From contig CAVXRD010000001.1 of assembly GCA_963764165.1 (NCBI GenBank), positions 864,001 to 928,000 of the forward strand: 64,000 bases of DNA. The letters run 5' to 3'. Position 1 is the first letter of the stretch; every line of letters begins with the position of its first letter. The notes beneath the pieces were generated by a model. The model searched no databases. It was not told the origin of the DNA and saw only the letters and a list, made by a program, of their open reading frames with translations. This stretch comes from an uncultured Verrucomicrobiae bacterium (GTDB lineage: Bacteria; Verrucomicrobiota; Verrucomicrobiia; Limisphaerales; Palsa-1400). This document shows, piece by piece, positions 30,727 through 39,783 of the stretch. Both the position numbers and the translations under genes were made by a program.

Positions 30727-30932
30727 CCGCCAGCCACAATGTTAATGATTTCCAGGCGGTCACCGTCCTTCAGCGCGCGCCCGCTGAATTCCGATGGAGC
30801 GACAGCCTCGCGGTTGTGCTCAACGACGACGCTCCGGGACAGAAGTTTTTGCGCTTTGAGAAATTCCTCGATGGTGCAGGGAAAATCCGCCGACACCCGC
30901 TGCCCGTTGGCGATGATCGATCCGCTCGTCAT
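30723..30932 (-). CDS. thiS: Sulfur carrier protein ThiS
   Basis: IIANG...VVVEHNREAV...LKDGDRLEIINIVAGG with terminal GG. Confidence 0.92.
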   Translation of the reverse strand: MTSGSIIANGQRVSADFPCTIEEFLKAQKLLSRSVVVEHNREAVAPSEFSGRALKDGDRLEIINIVAGG

Positions 30933-30936
30933 GATG

Positions 30937-32121
30937 TTACGCGGTGAGCGCCGTGTCCCAATCCTTCCAGACCGGCTCGTAGCCGAGGCGCTTGAGAAGC
31001 TCGGCGATTTCGGCGGGCGAACGATCGTCGGCAATTTCAAACTGGCCGGTCGCGCCGTTGGCCCGTTCGCTGGAGCCTTCCGCCAATTCCACGATGCGCC
31101 CGCGAGTGGTGTGATGGAGCTTGTCGCGCCCCGCGCCCGTGTAACCACCCGGCTCAGTGTGGCTTCCCGCGCTGATCATGGTGATGCCAAGCGGAATAAG
31201 ACCATCGCGAAATTGAGCCGACTCCCGGGTCGAAAGGACAAGCCCGGCGTCCGGGAGGAATATTCGCAAGGCGCAAACCACCTGCGCCAACTCGCGTTCG
31301 GACATCGGCGAAGGCGGCTGAAATTCTCCCGCGCAGGGACGAAGGCGCGGCATGGAAACGGTCAATTGCGCCTTCCAGCAATGTTTCAGCAAGTAGGCCG
31401 CATGCGCCGCCAGGCAAATCGCCTCGCGCCGCCAGTCGGTCAAACCGTAAAGCGCGCCGATTCCCAATCTGCGAAAACCGGCGGCGTAACCGCGCTCGGG
31501 CGTTTCCAATCGCCAATCAAAATTTCGTTTCGGGCCCGCCGTGTGCATGTCGGCATAGACGGCGCGATCGTAAGTTTCCTGATAGACGACAAGGCCATCG
31601 GCGCCCGCCGCGGTGAGCGGGCGATATTCCTCCGTTTCCATCGGCCCAATTTCAAGCGAGACGGACGGCGTTTCCTGATGCACCGCCCGAATGCACTCAG
31701 CCATGTAGCCGCCGGAGACAAACTTCGGATGCTCGCCAGCGACAAGAAGAATATTTCGAAATCCCTGTTCGCTGAGCGCCCGGGCTTCGCGCAAGACATC
31801 ATCGATGCTCAGCGTGACGCGGAGAATGGCGTTGTCCCGCGAAAAGCCGCAGTATTTGCAATTATTGACGCACTCGTTGGAGAGGTAGAGCGGCGCAAAA
31901 AGGCGGATGACGCGGCCGAATCGCTTGCGCGTCAGAGCTTGCGATTTAACGGCCATGGGTTCGAGCAATCCAGCCGCCGCAGGCGAAATCAGCCTGGCGA
32001 AATCCGAGAGGGCTGGGCGCGGATTTGCCATGGATTGGCGGACCTGCTCAGGGGTGGCTTCCGCCGAGCAGGCCATTAGAGCATCCAGCGGAAGCACGTT
32101 AAACTCACTTACAAAACTCAC
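30937..32121 (-). CDS. thiH: 2-iminoacetate synthase ThiH (radical SAM)
   Basis: FAPLYLSNECVNNCKYCGFS CxxxCxxC, YQETY, SMPRLRP, LSTRE, SAGSHTEPGGY, QFEIADDRS; adjacent thiS. Confidence 0.93.
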   Translation of the reverse strand: MSFVSEFNVLPLDALMACSAEATPEQVRQSMANPRPALSDFARLISPAAAGLLEPMAVKSQALTRKRFGRVIRLFAPLYLSNECVNNCKYCGFSRDNAILRVTLSIDDVLREARALSEQGFRNILLVAGEHPKFVSGGYMAECIRAVHQETPSVSLEIGPMETEEYRPLTAAGADGLVVYQETYDRAVYADMHTAGPKRNFDWRLETPERGYAAGFRRLGIGALYGLTDWRREAICLAAHAAYLLKHCWKAQLTVSMPRLRPCAGEFQPPSPMSERELAQVVCALRIFLPDAGLVLSTRESAQFRDGLIPLGITMISAGSHTEPGGYTGAGRDKLHHTTRGRIVELAEGSSERANGATGQFEIADDRSPAEIAELLKRLGYEPVWKDWDTALTA

Positions 32122-32172
32122 GTTGAGGACGATAACAAAGGATGGCGGAATGTCGAACAAGGAACTAGGGAG

Positions 32173-32351
32173 GGGAAAGATTTAATCAGGAACGACCAAA
32201 CTCAGGAAAAGAGGCAAAGGTTGCTTTTCAAAAGACGGGAGTGAGAAGAATTAATGGGACCTAAGCCTTGCGGATGCAAATTAGCCTTCGCGTGAAACCG
32301 AGTGAGGCCTCTTTTCCTGAGTTCGGTTGTTCCGGATTAAAATTCTTTCCC
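32173..32351. repeat. Inverted-repeat-bounded intergenic element (MITE/REP-like)
   Basis: TTAATCAGGAACGACCAAACTCAGGAAAAGAGGC versus GCCTCTTTTCCTGAGTTCGGTTGTTCCGGATTAA. Confidence 0.6.
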
Positions 32352-32418
32352 AATTTCGGTTGCCAATGGCATTCAAAACGTGTTACATCATGGGGCGTTC
32401 GCAGGTTAAACCGCCCGA

Positions 32419-32883
32419 ATGAAAACTCTTCTTTTTGCCTTCGCCTTTGTCGCGGCATTCTTTGCCGTGCCTTTGCTTGATGCTCAAAACTACAGCATCA
32501 ATTGGCATACGGTGGCCGGGGGCGGCGGCTCCAGCGCGGGCACGGATGGAACCAATTCCTATTCTGTCACCGGCACTATCGGGCAGCCCGCCACCGCCAC
32601 CATGGCGGGCGGCGCTTACTCGCTCACCGGCGGTTTTTGGAGCTTCCTAGCCGCGGTGCAAACGCCGGGTTCGCCAGTGCTGACGATTACCCGTTCTGGA
32701 AAACAGGCGGTCATTTCCTGGAATGCTTCGGCAGGCGGATTCGCGTTGCAGCAAACCTCCACTTTGGCCGCCAAGGCGTGGTCATTTTCATCGGCACCCC
32801 TGACAACCAACGGTTCAACCATTTCAGCCAGCGTTTCAATAACCAATGGCGGCTACCAGTATTTCCGCCTCATTGCCCAGTAA
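32419..32883 (+). CDS. Small secreted protein typically preceding large surface proteins in Verrucomicrobia
   Basis: Signal peptide; YSINWHTVAGGGG...GTIGQP...YSLTGGFWS; ends YQYFRLIAQ. Confidence 0.8.
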   Translation: MKTLLFAFAFVAAFFAVPLLDAQNYSINWHTVAGGGGSSAGTDGTNSYSVTGTIGQPATATMAGGAYSLTGGFWSFLAAVQTPGSPVLTITRSGKQAVISWNASAGGFALQQTSTLAAKAWSFSSAPLTTNGSTISASVSITNGGYQYFRLIAQ

Positions 32884-32911
32884 CCATCCAATCCTGGATA
32901 AAACCAAAACC

Positions 32912-35884
32912 ATGATCCACCCGACGTTTCGCACCTATCGCCGGCGCGCAGCCGCATTGCTCGCGTGCGCTATTGCCGTTTCCATCTCCATTCACGCCAG
33001 CCCTTCTGCGCTCCAAACGCTTCACGGCCATGTGCCGGCGGCGGCGACGAAGGCTAAACCCGTCTCCAAATTGGATGAGACCACCCACCTGTCCCTGGCC
33101 ATCGGCCTTCCCGCGCGCAATCAAGCCGATCTGACGGCGCTTGTGCATGACCTTTACGACCCGGCCAGCCCCCAATTTCACAAGTATCTGAAGCCCGCCG
33201 AGTTCGCGGCGCGCTTCGGCCCAACCGAGGAAGACTATGCCGCCGTGAAGGCTTACATGGAATCCAATGGATTGCGCGTCACCCAGACGCATTCCAACCG
33301 TCTGCTCGTTGATGTCGACGGTCCCGTGGCGTCGATCCAAAAGGCATTTCATGTCAATATGAATGTCTTCCAGCATCCCAAGGAGAACCGCACCTATTAT
33401 GCGCCGGACAAAGAGCCGTCGCTGGATGCGAACCTGCGCGTCCAGCACATTGCGGGCTTGAACAGTTACCAGCTTCCCAAACCGCTGGTGGTGAAGAGTT
33501 CGAACTCGAATCACACCGAGACCCTCAGCGGCACCGCTCCCGGCGGCAATTTCATGGGCCGCGATTTTCGCAACGCCTACGCTCCCGGCGTGACGCTGTC
33601 TGGCGCGGGCCAATCCGTGGCCCTGGTAGAGTTTGACACTTATTACGCAAAGGACATCACCACTTACGAAACGACCGCGAACCTGCCCGCCGTGAAGCTC
33701 GTCAACGTTCCCATTGATGGATTCAGCAGCGCGCCCGGCGGCGGCGCGATTGAAGTCTCGCTGGACATTGAAATGGCAATTGCGATGGCGCCAGGGTTAT
33801 CGCAAGTCCTCGTTTACGAGGAGGATTACGGCGCGGCAAACGGGGGCGATGACATGCTGAATCAAATGGCTGTCGATGACGCCGCGAACCAAATCTCTTG
33901 CAGTTGGATTTTTGAAATTGATGCGACCACCGACACCATATTCCAGCAGATGGCGGCGCAGGGCCAGTCGTTCTTCACTGCCTGCGGCGACAGTGGCGCC
34001 TATAATTACAATCCGCTGCCCCTTGATTCTGACGCAAACATTATGGTTGTCGGCGGCACAACGCTGACTACGACGGGAGGGGGGGCGGCCTACGTTTCGG
34101 AAACTGTCTGGCAAGGCGCGACAAACTCCAATTATGGCCCGGGCGTGGCTGGCAGCGGCGGCATTAGCAGTGTCTACCCGATCCCATATTGGCAACAGCC
34201 GGTGAACATGTCCTCCAACCTCGGTTCAACGGTCTGGCGCAATGTTCCGGACATTTCCATGACGGCTGACCAGGTCTATGTCACTTACGACAATGGCGCA
34301 ACCACCTCGGTCGGCGGTACGAGTTGCGCAGCCCCTTTGTGGGCTGGATACACCGCGCTGATCAATCAGCAGGCAGCCCTGTATGGCCGCCCGCCGGCTG
34401 GCTTCCTGAACCCAGCCCTCTACAACTTGGCTCATACTTCGCTCTACACGAATTACTTTCACGACACCGTCACCGGCAATAATACGAATTTAAGCGGAAC
34501 AAACAGGTTTTACGCCATGCCTGGCTACGACCTCTGCACCGGCTGGGGGACTCCGGTTGGGCAGGCGCTCATCAACGCGCTTTCGCCGCCGGACAGCCTC
34601 TTTTTTGAGCCAAGCGCAGGGATCAGTTTTTCAATCTTCGGCAAAGGCAGCGTCGCCGGTCAGACGCGCGCGGTCATCTTCACCAACACCGAACTGACCA
34701 CCGTCGAGTGGTCCGCCGGCCCGCGCCCATCGTGGCTGACCATGCCGGTGGTCAAAGCGGCACTTACAAACTTCGGCAGCTCGGCGGTGACATTTACGGT
34801 GGCGACCGCCGCATCCAGCCTTCCGGCGGGAACTTACATGACAAACCTTGTAATTACGAACCTCGATTCAGGGGTCCTTCATATTTTCCCCGTCACACTG
34901 GTGGTCAAGGATCCGCTATCTGTTTCGTTGACAAATAATTTTCTCGTCACCGGCCCGTCTGGGGGGCCATTCACTCCCGCTGCTCCGACGGTCCTGTTGA
35001 GCAACGCCAGCCCAATTACGATTAACTGGACGGCGCAAACCGCTTCGCCGTATTTCACCATGTCGCCCAGCAATGGAACATTCACACCGGGGATGACGAC
35101 CAACGTGTTCGTCACGCCGACGGCTGCGGCCAGCAATCTGTTGATCACCGTCCAAACTGGCAGCCTCGGCTTCACCGACACGACAACCGGGGCGACGATC
35201 AGCCAGCCCTTCACGATTGACGTGGGGAATGGCGATTTTGAGACGGGAGATTTTTCCTATTGGAACTTTAACGCGCAAGATTTCCCGGCAAATTTCGTGG
35301 GAGCCGTCACAAACGGCTGGAACGACTTTGACGGCTACGACTATATTCTATCTGGCGAATTTAGCGCGGTTCTCGGCCAGACAAATGAGCTCGGCTCAAT
35401 TACGCAAACGCTCGTTACCACTCCGGGACAGGCTTACGTGATCTCGCTGTTTATTGACAATCCCGTCGGCGGGGCGACAAATCAGTTCGTCGTAAAATGG
35501 AACGGCTACACGCTCTACAGCAAATTGGAAGTGCCGGTCATCCATTGGACCAACATGCTCCTGCTGGCTTCTTCTGCTACCACAAATTCCACGCTGGAAA
35601 TTGATTTTCGAAACGACCCGGACTATTTCGGATTGGATAACATTACGGTAACGCCAATCTCGCAGCCGCAATTCAGTTCGTTTTCGGTCGGGGCCAGCAC
35701 GATTCAATTTCAGTGGCCCGCCATCACCGGATATCTGTATCGCCTGCAATACACCACCAATCTGGCGGGGCCTTGGACATATTTCGGGAACAACATCAAG
35801 GCGACGAATTCGATTATGACGCTCACCGAACCGCTGCCGGTGGACTTGGTTCGCTATTACCGGTTGGTCTTGAGCGGGTTGTAA
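32912..35884 (+). CDS. S53 (sedolisin/kumamolisin) serine protease with propeptide and C-terminal beta-sandwich domains
   Basis: Pro-domain KYLKPAEFAARFGP; EVSLDIE; CGDSG; RNVPDI; GGTSCAAPLWAG; GYDLCTGWGTP. Confidence 0.92.
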   Translation: MIHPTFRTYRRRAAALLACAIAVSISIHASPSALQTLHGHVPAAATKAKPVSKLDETTHLSLAIGLPARNQADLTALVHDLYDPASPQFHKYLKPAEFAARFGPTEEDYAAVKAYMESNGLRVTQTHSNRLLVDVDGPVASIQKAFHVNMNVFQHPKENRTYYAPDKEPSLDANLRVQHIAGLNSYQLPKPLVVKSSNSNHTETLSGTAPGGNFMGRDFRNAYAPGVTLSGAGQSVALVEFDTYYAKDITTYETTANLPAVKLVNVPIDGFSSAPGGGAIEVSLDIEMAIAMAPGLSQVLVYEEDYGAANGGDDMLNQMAVDDAANQISCSWIFEIDATTDTIFQQMAAQGQSFFTACGDSGAYNYNPLPLDSDANIMVVGGTTLTTTGGGAAYVSETVWQGATNSNYGPGVAGSGGISSVYPIPYWQQPVNMSSNLGSTVWRNVPDISMTADQVYVTYDNGATTSVGGTSCAAPLWAGYTALINQQAALYGRPPAGFLNPALYNLAHTSLYTNYFHDTVTGNNTNLSGTNRFYAMPGYDLCTGWGTPVGQALINALSPPDSLFFEPSAGISFSIFGKGSVAGQTRAVIFTNTELTTVEWSAGPRPSWLTMPVVKAALTNFGSSAVTFTVATAASSLPAGTYMTNLVITNLDSGVLHIFPVTLVVKDPLSVSLTNNFLVTGPSGGPFTPAAPTVLLSNASPITINWTAQTASPYFTMSPSNGTFTPGMTTNVFVTPTAAASNLLITVQTGSLGFTDTTTGATISQPFTIDVGNGDFETGDFSYWNFNAQDFPANFVGAVTNGWNDFDGYDYILSGEFSAVLGQTNELGSITQTLVTTPGQAYVISLFIDNPVGGATNQFVVKWNGYTLYSKLEVPVIHWTNMLLLASSATTNSTLEIDFRNDPDYFGLDNITVTPISQPQFSSFSVGASTIQFQWPAITGYLYRLQYTTNLAGPWTYFGNNIKATNSIMTLTEPLPVDLVRYYRLVLSGL

Positions 35885-35893
35885 TGAAGCCAG

Positions 35894-35985
35894 GCAGGGG
35901 ACGCCTCGCCGAGGCGTCCGGGGACTTTCGCAGGCCCGACGTGTTCGAATAATGCCACGGCCCGGACGCATCGGCGACGCGTCCC
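35894..35985. repeat. Inverted REP pair
   Basis: GCAGGGGACGCCTCGCCGAGGCGTCC and GGACGCATCGGCGACGCGTCCC. Confidence 0.7.
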
Positions 35986-36033
35986 GGCCTTTTTAAGATT
36001 TGCCGGGGGCGCGCTCTCCCGTATAGTGTCGCC

Positions 36034-37050
36034 ATGATTGAGCTGGCCGAACGAGGGCGCGCGCAGGAGTCGGATTTTGTGACGCGCATTCCCCTGCCGC
36101 CGCAGCGCCTTGACGCGCTCTCCCGCGATATTCTCGCGCTCAAGAAAGAGCTGAACGCCGTCATCCTGGCCCACAATTATCAGGTGCCGGAAATTCAGGA
36201 TGTCGCGGATTTTGTGGGTGATTCCCTGGGACTTTCACAACAGGCGGCTAAAACGCAAGCGGATGTCATCGTTTTCTGCGGCGTTCATTTCATGGCGGAA
36301 ACCGCCAAAATACTGAATCCCAACAAGATCGTCCTGCTGCCGGATAAGAATGCCGGCTGCTCATTGGAAAGCAGTTGTCCCGCGCCGAAGCTGGCGGCAT
36401 TGCAAGCCACCAATCCCAATTTTTACACCATCGCCTATATCAATTGCAGCGCGGACGTGAAAGCGTTGAGCGATGTGATTTGCACCAGCGGCAACGCCGT
36501 TAAAATCGTGCAGGCAGCCCCCAAGGATCGCGATTTGCTGTTCGTGCCGGACGAAAATCTAGGCGCGTGGGTCATGGAGCAAACCGGGCGCAAAATGACA
36601 TTGTGGCAGGGAAATTGTTACGCGCACGTGGAGTTTACGCACGCTGGCATCACACGCATCCGCCGGGAATTTCCCGACGCCCCGCTGGTGGCCCATCCGG
36701 AGTGCGTCAAAGCCGTCCGCATGCTGGCCGACGAGGTTTGTTCGACGGAAAAAATGGTGGATTTTTGCAAGCGCAGCCCGGCGCCGGTCTTTTTAATCGC
36801 GACCGAGGCCGGCATGATTCACCGCCTGAACAAGGAATGCCCCGGGAAGCGGTTCGTGCCGGTGCCAGTGGAAAATTGCCGTTGCAACGAGTGCAAATTC
36901 ATGAAGATGAATACGCTCGAAAAACTTTACGACTGCATGGTGAGCCAGGCGCCACGCGTTGAATTAAGCGAGGCGATCATCAAACGCGCCCGCCTGCCGA
37001 TTGACCGGATGCTTGAGATTTCGTCTCAGCCAATTGCGAACGCGGGATGA
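36034..37050 (+). CDS. nadA: Quinolinate synthase A
   Basis: ILAHNYQ, GDSL, FCGVHFMAETAK, AGCSL, YINCSA, AHPEC, CKFMK. Confidence 0.96.
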   Translation: MIELAERGRAQESDFVTRIPLPPQRLDALSRDILALKKELNAVILAHNYQVPEIQDVADFVGDSLGLSQQAAKTQADVIVFCGVHFMAETAKILNPNKIVLLPDKNAGCSLESSCPAPKLAALQATNPNFYTIAYINCSADVKALSDVICTSGNAVKIVQAAPKDRDLLFVPDENLGAWVMEQTGRKMTLWQGNCYAHVEFTHAGITRIRREFPDAPLVAHPECVKAVRMLADEVCSTEKMVDFCKRSPAPVFLIATEAGMIHRLNKECPGKRFVPVPVENCRCNECKFMKMNTLEKLYDCMVSQAPRVELSEAIIKRARLPIDRMLEISSQPIANAG

Positions 37051-37156
37051 TCTGCCCGCAATCGTATAGGTCCTATAAGTCATATCAGTCCTATTCCTCC
37101 TATAAAAGGCAGCCCCCTGATTGACGAACTCCCCCAGAAGCCCCATACTGACTGGC

Positions 37157-38344
37157 ATGAAGCTTAGAAGTCTGCCCGTCCTCCTTTTTGTGGCGGCAGC
37201 GTCCCTCCTCTTTGGTATTCGTTGTGTTGTTGCTGCCTCCGATGGCCCTCGGTCGTCGCTGCCCATTGTTTACGTTCAAGTCTCCAATCCGCTCGCGTCG
37301 GAGCCCGGCGGCAATCCTGGTTCGTTCACCATTTTTCGCTCCGGAAATACAAACACTTCCTTCACGCTGCCAATTTCCCTTGCTGGCACCGCCACCAACG
37401 GCGTTGCCTATGCAGCCATTTCCACCAATATCACCTTCGCGGTGGGTGAGGAATCCACGAACATCGTCGTGACGCCCGAAATCGTGCCGGGCGCGACCGG
37501 TTACAAGACGGTGGTGCTGAATGTCCCTCGCGATAGGGTGAACCGGGGAACGGCGCCCGAATATAATGTGGGCGCTTCCAGCCGGGCCATTGTCTATATC
37601 GTTTACAATTACACCAATATCGCCCCCAAGGTCAGCCTTCTCTCGCCCACCAACGGCGCATCCTACCTCTCGATGCCGAATATCGCCCTGACGGCGACGG
37701 CAAAAGATTCCAACGGCTGGATCACGAGCGTGCAGTTTTTCGCCAATGGCGTCAGCGTTGGCACGGTCACAAATTACCTTGTCGGAGATGGTTACGGGCG
37801 CTCTCTGATCATCCGCGAATCGCATGGCGCCGTCTTCCCGACGGTCTCAAAATCGGTGGATTCGCGCTACGCGTTGGTGTGGACGAATGTCCCGCCGGGC
37901 GCATACAGCTTGACCGCCGTGGCAACGGATAATGCCGGATTGCAGACAACTTCCGCCGCCGTGCAAATCACCGTTACGCCAACATTGCCGAAGGCCATGG
38001 TTCGCATCATAAATCCGGCCAACGGCGCGAGTTTTCCTGCTTTGGCCCCGATCAATATTGTCGCGGCCGCGGGCGAAACAAACGGGGTCGTCAATACGGT
38101 GGAGTTTTTCGTGAATGGAACCAACAGCATCGGCGCCGCCACCAACTATTTGGCAGCCGAGCCGTTCAGCCGGTCATCGCAGCATTCGGCCTGGCTCCCG
38201 TTCTACTTTCAGTGGACCAACGCGCCCATCGGCACTAATGCGCTGACCGCCGTGGTGACCGACAACAACGGAACGACGGCCACGTCCGCGCCGGTGATCA
38301 TCAACATTTCGACGAACGAATTCCATCGTCATCATTGGTGGTAA
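37157..38344 (+). CDS. Secreted Calx-beta / bacterial Ig-like domain protein
   Basis: Signal peptide; GSFTIFRSG...GTATNGV; two P.NGA...V(Q/E)FF.NG...WTN.P.G...LTAV.TDN repeats; TTGACG-17-CATACT promoter favours ATG 37157 as start. Confidence 0.8.
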   Translation: MKLRSLPVLLFVAAASLLFGIRCVVAASDGPRSSLPIVYVQVSNPLASEPGGNPGSFTIFRSGNTNTSFTLPISLAGTATNGVAYAAISTNITFAVGEESTNIVVTPEIVPGATGYKTVVLNVPRDRVNRGTAPEYNVGASSRAIVYIVYNYTNIAPKVSLLSPTNGASYLSMPNIALTATAKDSNGWITSVQFFANGVSVGTVTNYLVGDGYGRSLIIRESHGAVFPTVSKSVDSRYALVWTNVPPGAYSLTAVATDNAGLQTTSAAVQITVTPTLPKAMVRIINPANGASFPALAPINIVAAAGETNGVVNTVEFFVNGTNSIGAATNYLAAEPFSRSSQHSAWLPFYFQWTNAPIGTNALTAVVTDNNGTTATSAPVIINISTNEFHRHHWW

Positions 38345-38361
38345 GCTCTCCTTCGGTTGCA

Positions 38362-39387
38362 ATGGATTTTCTAACATTTCCAGAAACGGACCCGACATCA
38401 ATCTACCGCTATCGCGACGGACTTTACGCTGTCGATGTGCTGACGGCAGCGATTTGCCACTTGGATTTGTTCGGCCATCTCGCTTCCCGTCCGTCCGATT
38501 TGCCCACGCTCTGCAAGGCGCTGGAGATTCAGCGGCGCCCGGCCGACGTGATGCTGACTTTGTTCACCGCGATGGGACTGTTGGAAAATCGCGGCGGCGT
38601 CTTCTATTTGACAAAAATGGCGGGCGAACATCTGGTCAAATCCTCGCCATGGTTTATCGGGCCGTATTTCGGGTCGGTCAAGGAACGGCCGGTTTGCCGC
38701 GACATTCTCAACGTGCTGCGCACGGGCCACGCCTCGAATTTCGCCAGCCTGCGGGACGAAAAGCAGTGGAGCAAGGCGATGGAGGACGATGCCTTTGCGA
38801 ATTCCTTCACTGCGGCGATGGATTGCCGGGGCGTCTTTCTCAGCCGCTCGGTGGCGGCGAATCTTGATTGCGCGAAGCATCATCGTTTGCTTGACATTGC
38901 CGGAGGCTCGGGCGTTTACGCCTGCGCCATCGTGGCGCGCCATGCGCATTTGCGGGCGGCGGTTTTGGAGAAGCCGCCGGTGGACCGCGTGACGCGCCGG
39001 AACCTTGAAACGCGCGGCTTCGCGGACCGTGTCGATGTCATCGCAGGCGACATGCTCAACGAGCTGCTGCCCGAGGGATTCGACATGCATCTTTTCTCCA
39101 ACGTGCTCCACGACTGGGACGAAGATCGGGTGCGCCATCTGCTGAAAAAATCGGCGGACGCGCTGCCGGCGGGAGGAATGATTATTATACATGACGCCCA
39201 CATTAATGCGGACAAGACCGGCCCCCTGCCCGTCGCCGCTTACTCCGCGCTCATGATGACCATCACGGAAGGCAAATGCTACTCGGAGACGGAAATGGCG
39301 GAATACTTGACAGAAGCGGGTTTTCGAAAATCCGTCTATACGCCGACGGCCGCTGACCGCAGCATCATCGTCGCCGTGAAGTCTTGA
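38362..39387 (+). CDS. SAM-dependent O-methyltransferase (methyltransf_2 type)
   Basis: LLDIAGGSG, AGDM, SNVLHDWD, LPAGG. Confidence 0.9.
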   Translation: MDFLTFPETDPTSIYRYRDGLYAVDVLTAAICHLDLFGHLASRPSDLPTLCKALEIQRRPADVMLTLFTAMGLLENRGGVFYLTKMAGEHLVKSSPWFIGPYFGSVKERPVCRDILNVLRTGHASNFASLRDEKQWSKAMEDDAFANSFTAAMDCRGVFLSRSVAANLDCAKHHRLLDIAGGSGVYACAIVARHAHLRAAVLEKPPVDRVTRRNLETRGFADRVDVIAGDMLNELLPEGFDMHLFSNVLHDWDEDRVRHLLKKSADALPAGGMIIIHDAHINADKTGPLPVAAYSALMMTITEGKCYSETEMAEYLTEAGFRKSVYTPTAADRSIIVAVKS

Positions 39388-39435
39388 ATGATGGATTTCG
39401 CCGCGCCGCAACTTCAAGGGGCGGCGAACAAATTC

Positions 39436-39684
39436 TCAGGAGCGCCGGGAGGGCTTTTCTCCGGCGGCATTTTTGTTTTTTCTGCCCAACAGCCAATACA
39501 CGGGCGCGAATACTGCGAAATTGAAGATGGTGGCCGCGATCCACATCACAACGAGTGCCGCGAGTACAACGAGAATGGCCTGGATAACTCCGGCACCCTT
39601 GCGCAAAAAGTCGAAGAAAACAGAAGTTGCAAGCGCCCCCGCCATTGCGATAGGCGCCAGGATGAACGTCGTGTGCGTTTTCAT
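39436..39684 (-). CDS. Small membrane hypothetical protein
   Basis: Two hydrophobic segments and a basic tail. Confidence 0.5.
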   Translation of the reverse strand: MKTHTTFILAPIAMAGALATSVFFDFLRKGAGVIQAILVVLAALVVMWIAATIFNFAVFAPVYWLLGRKNKNAAGEKPSRRS

Positions 39685-39783
39685 GCGATTAATCGAATTT
39701 ACTAATAACACAGTTGATTTCGATACTGAAGCGCAATTTTGAATTTGGCCACAAGCGCGGCGGCCACTCCCCGCTCCCGCGAA

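Noticed and set aside
32122..32418. TPP riboswitch upstream of thiH
   Set aside because: No CTGAGA / ACCTG core motifs in the right arrangement on the minus strand; the space is occupied by an inverted-repeat element.
37063..37097. 9-nt tandem GTCCTATAA/GTCATATCA/GTCCTATT
   Set aside because: Only three to four degenerate units; likely a simple intergenic microrepeat with no assignable function.
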